A stretch of 64,000 nt of DNA from positions 55,304,001 through 55,368,000 of the forward strand of contig OZ076418.1 of NCBI GenBank assembly GCA_964187785.1, read 5' to 3'. The translations under genes were made by a program, and so were the position numbers. Source of the stretch: Amphiscolops sp. MND2022 (lineage: Eukaryota). A model generated the notes under the pieces. That model saw only the letters and a list, made by a program, of their open reading frames with translations, was not told the DNA's origin and searched no databases. Position 1 is the stretch's first letter; each line of letters opens with the position of its first letter. Below are positions 21,639 through 33,889 of this stretch, piece by piece.

Positions 21639-24399
21639 ATCTATAAGGGTCAATAGGAGAAATCCGGAGGCGGAGGCAGAACTGAAGGGGCAGAGGAGAT
21701 AGGCAAATGAGATTAAGTTAAGCCTAATGAGGGATAATCTGGGTCACAGGGGCTCTGGTCAGGGTGACTGGTGGGGCAGAACGGTCAAGTACGTTTGGAG
21801 TAGATGCTTTGTGGGAGTTTGTGCTGCGCAAGCTTTGGATAGGCCGTGAGGCTAATTAGAGTAAGTTGGGCCTAATGCTAGGGAGGATTTGTTATCCTGC
21901 GGGCTAGGCTATTCGGATGAATTGAGTGTAGCGTGACACCAAGTCACAGGCTTTCGCTCACTTGCTGGTTGGGCAGGTGGGATATATTGTTTTGCAAGAA
22001 TTAATGCTTTTAGGCTGAGTAGCCGAAGGGTGCTGAAATCGTAGGCTGAAAAGGCTGGATATGCTGTCAGCTAAAACAGACCAGTGGAATTCGGATTTGC
22101 TTTGGCAAAAAAGGTTTCAACGATTCCCTTGACACCAAAGCGCTTCGAGCTTTTAATACCGAAAGAAACGTGTTTTTTTAATGAAAATGAGAAATGACAA
22201 CTTATAGGGTCCATTTCATTGCTTGTTTGATTTGTCAGTGATGGGGGATTGGATTTAAAGTTATACTATTTTGAAATATACCTCCAATTGGCGAGAGACA
22301 ATGAGGTATGGAAGTTGTTTGTCTTTCTTGCACGTGGGATGCCATTTGGGCTTCTATTTCTAGAAAAAAAAACAAATTTATTCAAGGGTCTCAGTATACG
22401 GTCAAGTAATTTTTTAAATCGAATATGAAAGTTGAAATTAACCGTCGGGCGCTTGCTCAGTGGTGATTTGTACTGAATATTCGATTGTTTGTCTTTCTTG
22501 CACGTGGGATGCCATTTGGGCTTCTATTTCTAGAAAAAAAAACAAATTTATACAAGGGTCTCAGAATACGGTCAAGCAATTTTTTAAATCGAATATGAAA
22601 GTTGAAATTAACCGTCGGGCGCTTGCTCAGTGGTGCTTTGTACTGAATATTCGATTGTTTGTCTTTCTTGCACGTGGGATGCCATTTGTGCTTCTATTTC
22701 TAGAAAAAAAAAACAAATTTATACAAGGGTCTCAGAATACGGTCAAGCAATTTTTTAAATCGAATATGAAAGTTGAAATTAACCGTCGGGCGCTTGCTCA
22801 GTGGTGCTTTGTACTGAATATTCGATTGTTTGTCTTTCTTGCACGTGGGATGCCATTTGTGCTTCTATTTCTAGAAAAAAAAACAAATTTATACAAGGGT
22901 CTCAGAATACAGTCAAGCAATTTTTTATCAGAATTTCCTTAATCTTTTTCTAACTCGAAAATCTTTTTCATACTGCGTTATTAGAATTTCCTTGAAATTT
23001 TCATGATCAAAAATATTTTCATAATGCGTTATCAGAATTTCCTTAACCTTTTTCTAGCTCCGAAGTATTTTTCATACTGTGTTATCAGAATTCTCAAACT
23101 TCTAATTTAAATTTTTTCCAGGTCTCTGCCACAGTCGCTTAAAAATAAGATCGCTTAGAAATAGAAACTCAACAAAAGTATCGGCGCACAGTTAAAATTG
23201 CTGAAATGCGTCTTTTGAGTGATTTTGGAAGTTTTTTATCCATACAAAAAAATTTGCATAACCAATGACAAGATCGAGAAAATCCAAGAAATTGGTAACA
23301 TCTTAGAATCCAAAACACTAAGACGTCACCGATTTTTGGTTCTTCTATCCAAAATGTCCAAACATTTGTCTTTGCCTAATTTGTCTCAGAGTGTCATAAA
23401 GTTGTTTGAAACTTAATTGCATTGTCACTTTTGTGCCATAATCGCATTAATATGTCCGAAAGAGGTGTAAGTTCATATAAATACTTACACTACTTGTTTG
23501 ACGTTTTCAATTTGTTAAGAAAGGGGGCCGGATGCTGTTGGAAGCGGTGTTCGTGGGAATAATTCGAAATTAATTACTCAAATCACTCAAGAAACTGATC
23601 AGTTTTTTGGTGTCTTCGTAAATTCAAACTCATCAAATAATTCTAAAATCTTGTTCTGTATGTTCTAAAAAGATATAACAGTATTTAAGACTGGGACCAG
23701 ACTACAACCTGTTCATATTTATTACTTGAAACAGATCATTGTATTTTTTTAAATTCTAAAACAATTTTCAAAATTATAGTCCGGGACCAGACTAGAACCT
23801 GTTCAAATATAGTACTTGAAACATATCGTTGTAAGTTTACATTCTAGAACGATTTTCAAAATTATAGTCCGGGACCAGACTAGAACCTGTTCAAATTTAG
23901 TACTTGAAACATATCGTTGTAAGTTTACATTCTAGAACGATATTCGGAATTTTAGTCCGGCACCAGACTAGAACCTGTTCAAATATAGTACTTGAAACAT
24001 ATCGTTGTAAGTTTACTTTCTAGAAAGATATTCGGAATTTTAGTCCGGGACCAGACTAGAACCTGTTCAAATATAGTACTTGAAACATATCGTTGTAAGT
24101 TTAACATTCTAGAACGATTTTCAAAATTTTAGTCCGGGACAGACTAGAACGTGTTGCCCACACTGGTCGATATTTAAGTTCAACTAAAAATCTAACTTCA
24201 AAAAATATCTCATCATTCAAAAACAGTCAATTCAATTGAAGGAATTTGATAATTCAAACAGAGATAATACAACAGAAGATAATACAACATAGATAACAAC
24301 TGAATTCTATATGGTTATTCAAAATTCAATGGTGTAAACAACGAAACAAAAGTAACCGCCCCCCCCCCCCCGCATCGGTTGTAGTTAATGAGGATCCCA

Positions 24400-25663
24400 A
24401 CTGGGTTACCAGTTGAGATTAGGGAACTCGCCACCCCTGGCCACGGCTCCAACCACTTGCCTCAGGGTGGTATTTGCATCTGCTGCGTTCGACCCTGCTC
24501 TAGTTTGGTATGGGGCCAGGCGCATCTGCAGGGGCAGTGTTGTCCAAGTTAAAGGTCACTGCATTGTTATTTGCCCCAGTGAGGTTCTTCATGAAATACA
24601 TGCATGTGAAGTTCATCTGGAGTTGTGTCACCAGCCACATGGCAGTTGAACCAGCGTCCCTGTCAGTTGTGGCAAGGTTCCAGCTGCCTGAGTTGACCTC
24701 GTAGGTGTACTGTGCATTGATGGCCGCCACTATGTCTTTTATTTTAAGCAAGGTGAGTACTGAGGCCTTGCCACTCGTTGGTCCGAATATGTTAAGGCAG
24801 ACATCAGCCTTTAAGCCAGTCAGGTTGAACGGGTGTCCATAAAGGCCACCAACTGGACAGACTGGCCAGCCGAGTTCCCTCAAGTCTCTTATCAGCAGGT
24901 TAGTTACCACCCTGCCTGGCTTGACCTGGAATGCCCTGAGGTACTTCTTCACCTTGGGATCAGAGAGCTTGTCAAGCATGTATGCTGCAATGAACGGGTA
25001 TATGCACTCGTTGACAGCATTGTTGTTTTCTGCAGCAACCATCGCTGCCAGTGCATCATAGGCTTCCTTCACTCCACATGCTGTGGCCATCGCTTCTCCT
25101 TCGGCTGCAGTCTTGGCGCCTCTTGAGACTCCGTTCTTAATCCTCCGTTCACATCTGGGGAACATCTGTGCAGCCATTGCAGGGTCGAGGTCATAAATCT
25201 CGTTGAATTCATCAAAGTACTCAGGCCCCACAGCTTCTGCATTGCGGTTGTTGGCATTTAGCCTCTTCTTGGCAGCTATCCCGGTGACTATTGCGGCCAG
25301 GTTGACCATCTGGTCATTAGGAATATTTGCCAAGTTGATGTTGGTGGGCACTGGTGCCAGAAACATGTCGTATAGGCCATGCTTCACAATGAACTTGCCT
25401 ATAATCAGCAATAGCTTCTTGTAGTGGGCCGATCGCAAATTGGGATCATTTGCAATCGGGTACTCCAAAATGCTCTTGAAGATCGCCTCATACAGTGCTG
25501 TTCTGGCTGCTTCAGGCGCGGCGTTTATCCCCTGCACCATCAGAAGAGCATTTTGTCTCACTGGCTCATTTTGGGGACTATCATTTATGAGGGTCGCCAT
25601 CTGTCGGCGGTGAGCAGCATCCCTTGCTGCTCTGCCATTATTTGCTACTGCTGCTTCCGCCAT
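24400..25663 (-). pseudogene. Array ORF copy 6, C-terminally frameshifted (premature stop at 24500)
   Basis: 2-bp net deletion near 24515 (ggggccagg vs ggggtcacagg); product ends ..DAPGPIPN. Confidence 0.85.
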
Positions 25664-28604
25664 ATCTATGAGGGTCAATAGGAGAAATCCGGAGGCGGAG
25701 GCAGAACTGAAGGGGCAGAGGAGATAGGCAAATGAGAATAAGTTAAGCCTAATGAGGGATAATCTGGGTCACAGGGGCTCTGGTCAGGGTGACTGGTGGG
25801 GCAGAACGGTCAAGTACGTTTGGAGTAGATGCTTTGTGGGAGTTTGTGCTGCGCAAGCTTTGGATAGGCCGTGAGGCTAATTAGAGTAAGTTGGGCCTAA
25901 TGCTAGGGAGGATTTGTTATCCTGCGGGCTAGGCTATTCGGATGAATTGAGTGTAGCGTGACACCAAGTCACAGGCTTTCGCTCACTTGCTGGTTGGGCA
26001 GGTGGGATATATTGTTTTGCAAGAATTAATGCTTTTAGGCTGAGTAGCCGAAGGGTGCTGAAATCGTAGGCTGAAAAGGCTGGATATGCTGTCAGCTAAA
26101 ACAGACCAGTGGAATTCGGATTTGCTTTGGCAAAAAAGGTTTCAACGATTCCCTTGACACCAAAGCGCTTCGAGCTTTTAATACTGAAAGAAACGTGTTT
26201 TTTTAATGAAAATGAGAAATGACAAATTATAGGGTCCATTTCATTGCTTGTTTGATTTGTCAGTGATGGGGGATTGGATTTAAAGTTATACTATTTTGAA
26301 ATATACCTCCAATTGGCGAGAGACAATGAGGTATGGAAGTTGTTTGTCTTTCTTGCACGTGGGATGCCATTTGGGCTTCTATTTCTAGAAAAAAAAAACA
26401 AATTTATTCAAGGGTCTCAGCATACGGTCAAGTAATTTTTTAAATGAATATGAAAGTTGAAATTAACCGTCGGGCGCTTGCTCAGTGGTGCTTTGTACTG
26501 AAGCTGCGATTGTTTGTCTTTCTTGCACGTGGGATGCCATTTGTGCTTCTATTTCTAGAAAAAAAAACAAATTTATACAAGGGTCTCAGAATACGGTCAA
26601 GCAATTTTTTAAATCGAATATGAAAGTTGAAATTAACCGTCGGGCGCTTGCTCAGTGGTGATTTGTACTGAATATTCGATTGTTTGTCTTTCTTGCACGT
26701 GGGATGCCATTTGGGCTTCTATTTCTAGAAAAAAAAAAACAAATTTATACAAGGGTCTCAGAATACGGTCAAGCAATTTTTTAAATCGAATATGAAAGTT
26801 GAAATTAACCGTCGGGCGCTTGCTCAGTGGTGCTTTGTACTGAATATTCGATTGTTTGTCTTTCTTGCACGTGGGATGCCATTTGTGCTTCTATTTCTAG
26901 AAAAAAAAAACAAATTTATACAAGGGTCTCAGAATACGGTCAAGCAATTTTTTAAATCGAATATGAAAGTTGAAATTAACCGTCGGGCGCTTGCTCAGTG
27001 GTGCTTTGTACTGAATATTCGATTGTTTGTCTTTCTTGCACGTGGGATGCCATTTGTGCTTCTATTTCTAGAAAAAAAACAAATTTATACAAGGGTCTCA
27101 GAATACAGTCAAGCAATTTTTTATCAGAATTTCCTTAATCTTTTTCTAACTCGAAAATCTTCTTCATACTGCTTTATTAGAATTTCCTTGAAATTTTCAT
27201 GATCAAAAATATTTTCATAATGCGTTATCAGAATTTCCTTAACCTTTTTCTAGCTCCGAAGTATTTTTCATACTGTGTTATCAGAATTCTCAAACTTCTA
27301 ATTTAAATTTTTTCCAGGTCTCTGCCACAGTCGCTTAAAAATAAGATCGCTTAGAAATAGAAACTCAACAAAAGTATCGGCGCACAGTTAAAATTGCTGA
27401 AATGCGTCTTTTGAGTGATTTTGGAAGTTTTTTTTCCATACAAAAAAATTTGCATAACCAATGACAAGATCGAGAAAATCCAAGAAATTGGTAACATCTT
27501 AGAATCCAAAACACTAAGACGTCACCGATTTTTGGTTCTTCTATCCAAAATGTCCAAACATTTGTCTTTGCCTAATTTGTCTCAGAGTGTCATAAAGTTG
27601 TTTGAAACTTAATTGCATTGTCACTTTTGTGCCATAATCGCATTAATATGTCCGAAAGAGGTGTAAGTTCATATAAATACTTACACTACTTGTTTGACGT
27701 TTTCAATTTGTTAAGAAAGGGGGCCGGATGCTGTTGGAAGCGGTGTTCGTGGGAATAATTCGAAATTAATTACTCAAATCACTCAAGAAACTGATCAGTT
27801 TTTTGGTGTCTTCGTAAATTCAAACTCATCAAATAATTCTAAAATCTTGTTCTGTATGTTCTAAAAAGATATAACAGTATTTAAGACTGGGACCAGACTA
27901 CAACCTGTTCATATTTATTACTTGAAACAGATCATTGTATTTTTTTAATTCTAAAACAATTTTCAAAATTATAGTCCGGGACCAGACTAGAACCTGTTCA
28001 AATATAGTACTTGAAACATATCGTTGTAAGTTTACATTCTAGAACGATTTTCAAAATTATAGTCCGGGACCAGACTAGAACCTGTTCAAATTTAGTACTT
28101 GAAACATATCGTTGTAAGTTTACATTCTAGAACGATATTCGGAATTTTAGTCCGGCACCAGACTAGAACCTGTTCAAATATAGTACTTGAAACATATCGT
28201 TGTAAGTTTACATTCTAGAACGATATTCGGAATTTTAGTCCGGGACCAGACTAGAACCTGTTCAAATATAGTACTTGAAACATATCGTTGTAAGTTTAAC
28301 ATTCTAGAACGATTTTCAAAATTTTAGTCCGGGACAGACTAGAACGTGTTGCCCACACTGGTCGATATTTAAGTTCAACTAAAAATCTAACTTCAAAAAA
28401 ATATCTCATCATTCAAAAACAGTCAATTCAATTGAAGGAATTTGATAATTCAAACAGAGATAATACAACAGAAGATAATACAACATAGATAACAACTGAA
28501 TTCTATATGGTTATTCAAAATTCAATGGTGTAAACAACGAAACAAAAGTAACCGCGCCCCCCCCCACCCCGCATCGGTTGTAGTTAATGAGGATCCCAAC
28601 TGGG

Positions 28605-29861
28605 TTACCAGTTGGGATTAGGGAACTCGCCACCCCTGGCCACGGCTCCAACCACTTGCCTCAGGGTGGTATTTGCATCTGCTGCGTTCGACCCTGCTCT
28701 AGTTTGGTATGGGGTCACAGGCGCATCTGCAGGGGCAGTGTTGTCCAAGTTAAAGGTCACTGCATTGTTATTTGCCCCAGTGAGGTTCTTCATGAAATAC
28801 ATGCATGTGAAGTTCATCTGGAGTTGTGTCACCAGCCACATGGCAGTTGAACCAGCGTCCCTGTCAGTTGTGGCAAGGTTCCAGCTGCCTGAGTTGACCT
28901 CGTAGGTGTACTGTGCATTGATGGCCGCCACTATGTCTTTTATTTTAAGCAAGGTGAGTACTGAGGCCTTGCCACTCGTTGGTCCGAATATGTTAAGGCA
29001 GACATCAGCCTTTAAGCCAGTCAGGTTGAACGGGTGTCCATAAAGGCCACCAACTGGACAGACTGGCCAGCCGAGTTCCCTCAAGTCTCTTATCAGCAGG
29101 TTAGTTACCACCCTGCCTGGCTTGACCTGGAATGCCCTGAGGTACTTCTTCACCTTGAAATCAGAGAGCTTGTCAAGCATGTATGCTGCAATGAACGGGT
29201 ATATGCACTCGACAGCATTGTTGTTTTCTGCAGCAACCGTCGCTGCCAGTGCATCATAGGCTTCCTTCACTCCACATGCTGTGGCCATCGCTTCTCCTTC
29301 GGCTGCAGTCTTGGCGCCTCTTGAGACTCCGTTCTTAATCCTCCGTTCACATCTGGGGAACATCTGTGCAGCCATTGCAGGGTCGAGGTCATCAATCTCG
29401 TTGAATTCATCAAAGTACTCAGGCCCCACAGCTTCTGCATTGCGGTTGTTGGCATTTAGCCTCTTCTTGGCAGCTATCCCGGTGACTATTGCGGCCAGGT
29501 TGACCATCTGGTCATTAGGAATATTTGCCAAGTTGATGTTGGCGGGCACTGGTGCCAGAAACATGTCGTATAGGCCATGCTTCACAATGAACTTGCCTAT
29601 AATCAGCAATAGCTTCTTGTAGTGGGCCGATCGCAAATTGGGATCATTTGCAATCGGGTACTCCAAAATGCTCTTGAAGATCGCCTCATACAGTGCTGTT
29701 CTGGCTGCTTCAGGCGCGGCGTTTATCCCCTGCACCATCAGAAGAGCATTTTGTCTCACTGGCTCATTTTGGGGACTATCATTTATGAGGGTCGCCATCT
29801 GTCGGCGGTGAGCAGCATCCCTTGCTGCTCTGCCATTATTTGCTACTGCTGCTTCCGCCAT
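28605..29861 (-). CDS. Array ORF copy 7, unknown protein (418 aa)
   Basis: Open; in-frame 3-bp deletion and several substitutions. Confidence 0.78.
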   Translation of the reverse strand: MAEAAVANNGRAARDAAHRRQMATLINDSPQNEPVRQNALLMVQGINAAPEAARTALYEAIFKSILEYPIANDPNLRSAHYKKLLLIIGKFIVKHGLYDMFLAPVPANINLANIPNDQMVNLAAIVTGIAAKKRLNANNRNAEAVGPEYFDEFNEIDDLDPAMAAQMFPRCERRIKNGVSRGAKTAAEGEAMATACGVKEAYDALAATVAAENNNAVECIYPFIAAYMLDKLSDFKVKKYLRAFQVKPGRVVTNLLIRDLRELGWPVCPVGGLYGHPFNLTGLKADVCLNIFGPTSGKASVLTLLKIKDIVAAINAQYTYEVNSGSWNLATTDRDAGSTAMWLVTQLQMNFTCMYFMKNLTGANNNAVTFNLDNTAPADAPVTPYQTRAGSNAADANTTLRQVVGAVARGGEFPNPNW

Positions 29862-32629
29862 ATCTATAAGGGTCAATAGGAGAAATCCGGAGGCGGAGGC
29901 AGAACTGAAGGGGCAGAGGAGATAGGCAAATGAGAATAAGTTAAGCCTAATGAGGGATAATCTGGGTCACAGGGGCTCTGGTCAGGGTGACTGGTGGGAC
30001 AGAACGGTCAAGTACGTTTGGAGTAGATGCTTTGTGGGAGTTTGTGCTGCGCAAGCTCTGGATAGGCTGTGAGGCTAATTAGAGTAAGTTGGGCCTAATG
30101 CTAGGGAGGATTTGTTATCCTGCGGGCTAGGCTATTCGGATGAATTGAGTGTAGCGTGACACCAAGTCACAGGCTTTCGCTCACTTGCTGGTTGGGCAGG
30201 TGGGATATATTGTTTTGCAAGAATTAATGCTTTTAGGCTGAGTAGCCGAAGGGTGCTGAAATCGTAGGCTGAAAAGGCTGGATATGCTGTCAGCTAAAAC
30301 AGACCAGTGGAATTCGGATTTGCTTTGGCAAAAAAGGTTTCAACGATTCCCTTGACACCAAAGCGCTTCGAGCTTTTAATACCGAAAGAAACGTGTTTTT
30401 TTAATGAAAATGAGAAATGACAACTTATAGGGTCCATTTCATTGCTTGTTTGATTTGTCAGTGATGGGGGATTGGATTTAAAGTTATACTATTTTGAAAT
30501 ATACCTCCAATTGGCGAGAGACAATGAGGTATGGAAGTTGTTTGTCTTTCTTGCACGTGGGATGCCATTTGGGCTTCTATTTCAAGAAAAAAAAACAAAT
30601 TTATTCAAGGGTCTCAGTATACGGTCAAGTAATTTTTTAAATCGAATATGAAAGTTGAAATTAACCGTCGGGCGCTTGCTCAGTGGTGATTTGTACTGAA
30701 TATTCGATTGTTTGTCTTTCCTGCACGTGGGATGCCATTTGGGCTTCTATTTCTAGAAAAAAAAACAAATTTATACAAGGGTCTCAGAATACGGTCAAGC
30801 AATTTTTTAAATCGAATATGAAAGTTGAAATTAACCGTCGGGCGCTTGCTCAGTGGTGCTTTGTACTGAATATTCGATTGTTTGTCTTTCTTGCACGTGG
30901 GATGCCATTTGTGCTTCTATTTCTAGAAAAAAAAACAAATTTATACAAGGGTCACAGAATACGGTCAAGCAATTTTTTAAATCGAATATGAAAGTTGAAA
31001 TTAACCGTCGGGCGCTTGCTCAGTGGTGCTTTGTACTGAATATTCGATTGTTTGTCTTTCTTGCACGTGGGATGCCATTTGTGCTTCTATTTCTAGAAAA
31101 AAAACAAATTTATACAAGGGTCTCAGAATACAGTCAAGCAATTTTTTATCAGAATTTCCTTAATCTTTTTCTAACTCGAAAATCTTTTTCATACTGCGTT
31201 ATTAGAATTTCCTTGAAATTTTCATGATCAAAAATATTTTCATAATGCGTTATCAGAATTTCCTTAACCTTTTTCTAGCTCCGAAGTATTTTTCATACTG
31301 TGTTATCAGAATTCTCAAACTTCTAATTTAAATTTTTTCCAGGTCTCTGCCACAGTCGCTTAAAAATAAGATCGCTTAGAAATAGAAACTCAACAAAAGT
31401 ATCGGCGCACAGTTAAAATTGCTGAAATGCGTCTTTTGAGTGATTTTGGAAGTTTTTTATCCATACAAAAAAAATTGCATAACCAATGACAAGATCGAGA
31501 AAATCCAAGAAATTGGTAACATCTTAGAATCCAAAACACTAAGACGTCACCGATTTTTGGTTCTTCTATCCAAAATGTCCAAACATTTGTCTTTGCCTAA
31601 TTTGTCTCAGAGTGTCATAAAGTTGTTTGAAACTTAATTGCATTGTCACTTTTGTGCCATAATCGCATTAATATGTCCGAAAGAGGTGTAAGTTCATATA
31701 AATACTTTCACTACTTGTTTGACGTTTTCAATTTGTTAAGAAAGGGGGCCGGATGCTGTTGGAAGCGGTGTTCGTGGGAATAATTCGAAATTAATTACTC
31801 AAATCACTCAAGAAACTGATCAGTTTTTTGGTGTCTTCGTAAATTCAAACTCATCAAATAATTCTAAAATCTTGTTCTGTATGTTCTAAAAAGATATAAC
31901 AGTATTTAAGACTGGGACCAGACTACAACCTGTTCATATTTATTACTTGAAACAGATCATTGTATTTTTTTAAATTCTAAAACAATTTTCAAAATTATAG
32001 TCCGGGACCAGACTAGAACCTGTTCAAATATAGTACTTGAAACATATCGTTGTAAGTTTACATTCTAGAACGATTTTCAAAATTATAGTCCGGGACCAGA
32101 CTAGAACCTGTTCAAATTTAGTACTTGAAACATATCGTTGTAAGTTTACATTCTAGAACGATATTCGGAATTTTAGTCCGGCACCAGACTAGAACCTGTT
32201 CAAATATAGTACTTGAAACATATCGTTGTAAGTTTACTTTCTAGAAAGATATTCGGAATTTTAGTCCGGGACCAGACTAGAACCTGTTCAAATATAGTAC
32301 TTGAAACATATCGTTGTAAGTTTAACATTCTAGAACGATTTTCAAAATTTTAGTCCGGGACAGACTAGAACGTGTTGCCCACACTGGTCGATATTTAAGT
32401 TCAACTAAAAATCTAACTTCAAAAAAATATCTCATCATTCAAAAACAGTCAATTCAATTGAAGGAATTTGATAATTCAAACAGAGATAATACAACAGAAG
32501 ATAATACAACATAGATAACAACTGAATTCTATATGGTTATTCAAAATTCAATGGTGTAAACAACGAAACAAAAGTAACCGCCCCCCCCCCCCCCCGCATC
32601 GGTTGTAGTTAATGAGGATCCCAACTGGG

Positions 32630-33889
32630 TTACCAGTTGAGATTAGGGAACTCGCCACCCCTGGCCACGGCTCCAACCACTTGCCTCAGGGTGGTATTTG
32701 CATCTGCTGCGTTCGACCCTGCTCTAGTTTGGTATGAGGTCACAGGCGCATCTGCAGGGGCAGTGTTGTCCAAGTTAAAGGTCACTGCATTGTTATTTGC
32801 CCCAGTGAGGTTCTTCATGAAATACATGCATGTGAAGTTCATCTGGAGTTGTGTCACCAGCCACATGGCAGTTGAACCAGCGTCCCTGTCAGTTGTGGCA
32901 AGGTTCCAGCTGCCTGAGTTGACCTCGTAGGTGTACTGTGCATTGATGGCCGCCACTATGTCTTTTATTTTAAGCAAGGTGAGTACTGAGGCCTTGCCAC
33001 TCGTTGGTCCGAATATGTTAAGGCAGACATCAGCCTTTAAGCCAGTCAGGTTGAACGGGTGTCCATAAAGGCCACCAACTGGACAGACTGGCCAGCCGAG
33101 TTCCCTCAAGTCTCTTATCAGCAGGTTAGTTACCACCCTGCCTGGCTTGACCTGGAATGCCCTGAGGTACTTCTTCACCTTGGGATCAGAGAGCTTGTCA
33201 AGCATGTATGCTGCAATGAACGGGTATATGCACTCGTTGACAGCATTGTTGTTTTCTGCAGCAACCGTCGCTGCCAGTGCATCATAGGCTTCCTTCACTC
33301 CACATGCTGTGGCCATCGCTTCTCCTTCGGCTGCAGTCTTGGCGCCTCTTGAGACTCCGTTCTTAATCCTCCGTTCACATCTGGGGAACATCTGTGCAGC
33401 CATTGCAGGGTCGAGGTCATAAATCTCGTTGAATTCATCAAAGTACTCAGGCCCCACAGCTTCTGCATTGCGGTTGTTGGCATTTAGCCTCTTCTTGGCA
33501 GCTATCCCGGTGACTATTGCGGCCAGGTTGACCATCTGGTCATTAGGAATATTTGCCAAGTTGATGTTGGCGGGCACTGGTGCCAGAAACATGTCGTATA
33601 GGCCATGCTTCACAATGAACTTGCCTATAATCAGCAATAGCTTCTTGTAATGGGCCGATCGCAAATTGGGATCATTTGCAATCGGGTACTCCAAAATGCT
33701 CTTGAAGATCGCCTCATACAGTGCTGTTCTGGCTGCTTCAGGCGCGGCGTTTATCCCCTGCACCATCAGAAGAGCATTTTGTCTCACTGGCTCATTTTGG
33801 GGACTATCATTTATGAGGGTCGCCATCTGTCGGCGGTGAGCAGCATCCCTTGCTGCTCTGCCATTATTTGCTACTGCTGCTTCCGCCAT
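32630..33889 (-). CDS. Array ORF copy 8, unknown 419-aa protein
   Basis: Intact ORF. Confidence 0.8.
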   Translation of the reverse strand: MAEAAVANNGRAARDAAHRRQMATLINDSPQNEPVRQNALLMVQGINAAPEAARTALYEAIFKSILEYPIANDPNLRSAHYKKLLLIIGKFIVKHGLYDMFLAPVPANINLANIPNDQMVNLAAIVTGIAAKKRLNANNRNAEAVGPEYFDEFNEIYDLDPAMAAQMFPRCERRIKNGVSRGAKTAAEGEAMATACGVKEAYDALAATVAAENNNAVNECIYPFIAAYMLDKLSDPKVKKYLRAFQVKPGRVVTNLLIRDLRELGWPVCPVGGLYGHPFNLTGLKADVCLNIFGPTSGKASVLTLLKIKDIVAAINAQYTYEVNSGSWNLATTDRDAGSTAMWLVTQLQMNFTCMYFMKNLTGANNNAVTFNLDNTAPADAPVTSYQTRAGSNAADANTTLRQVVGAVARGGEFPNLNW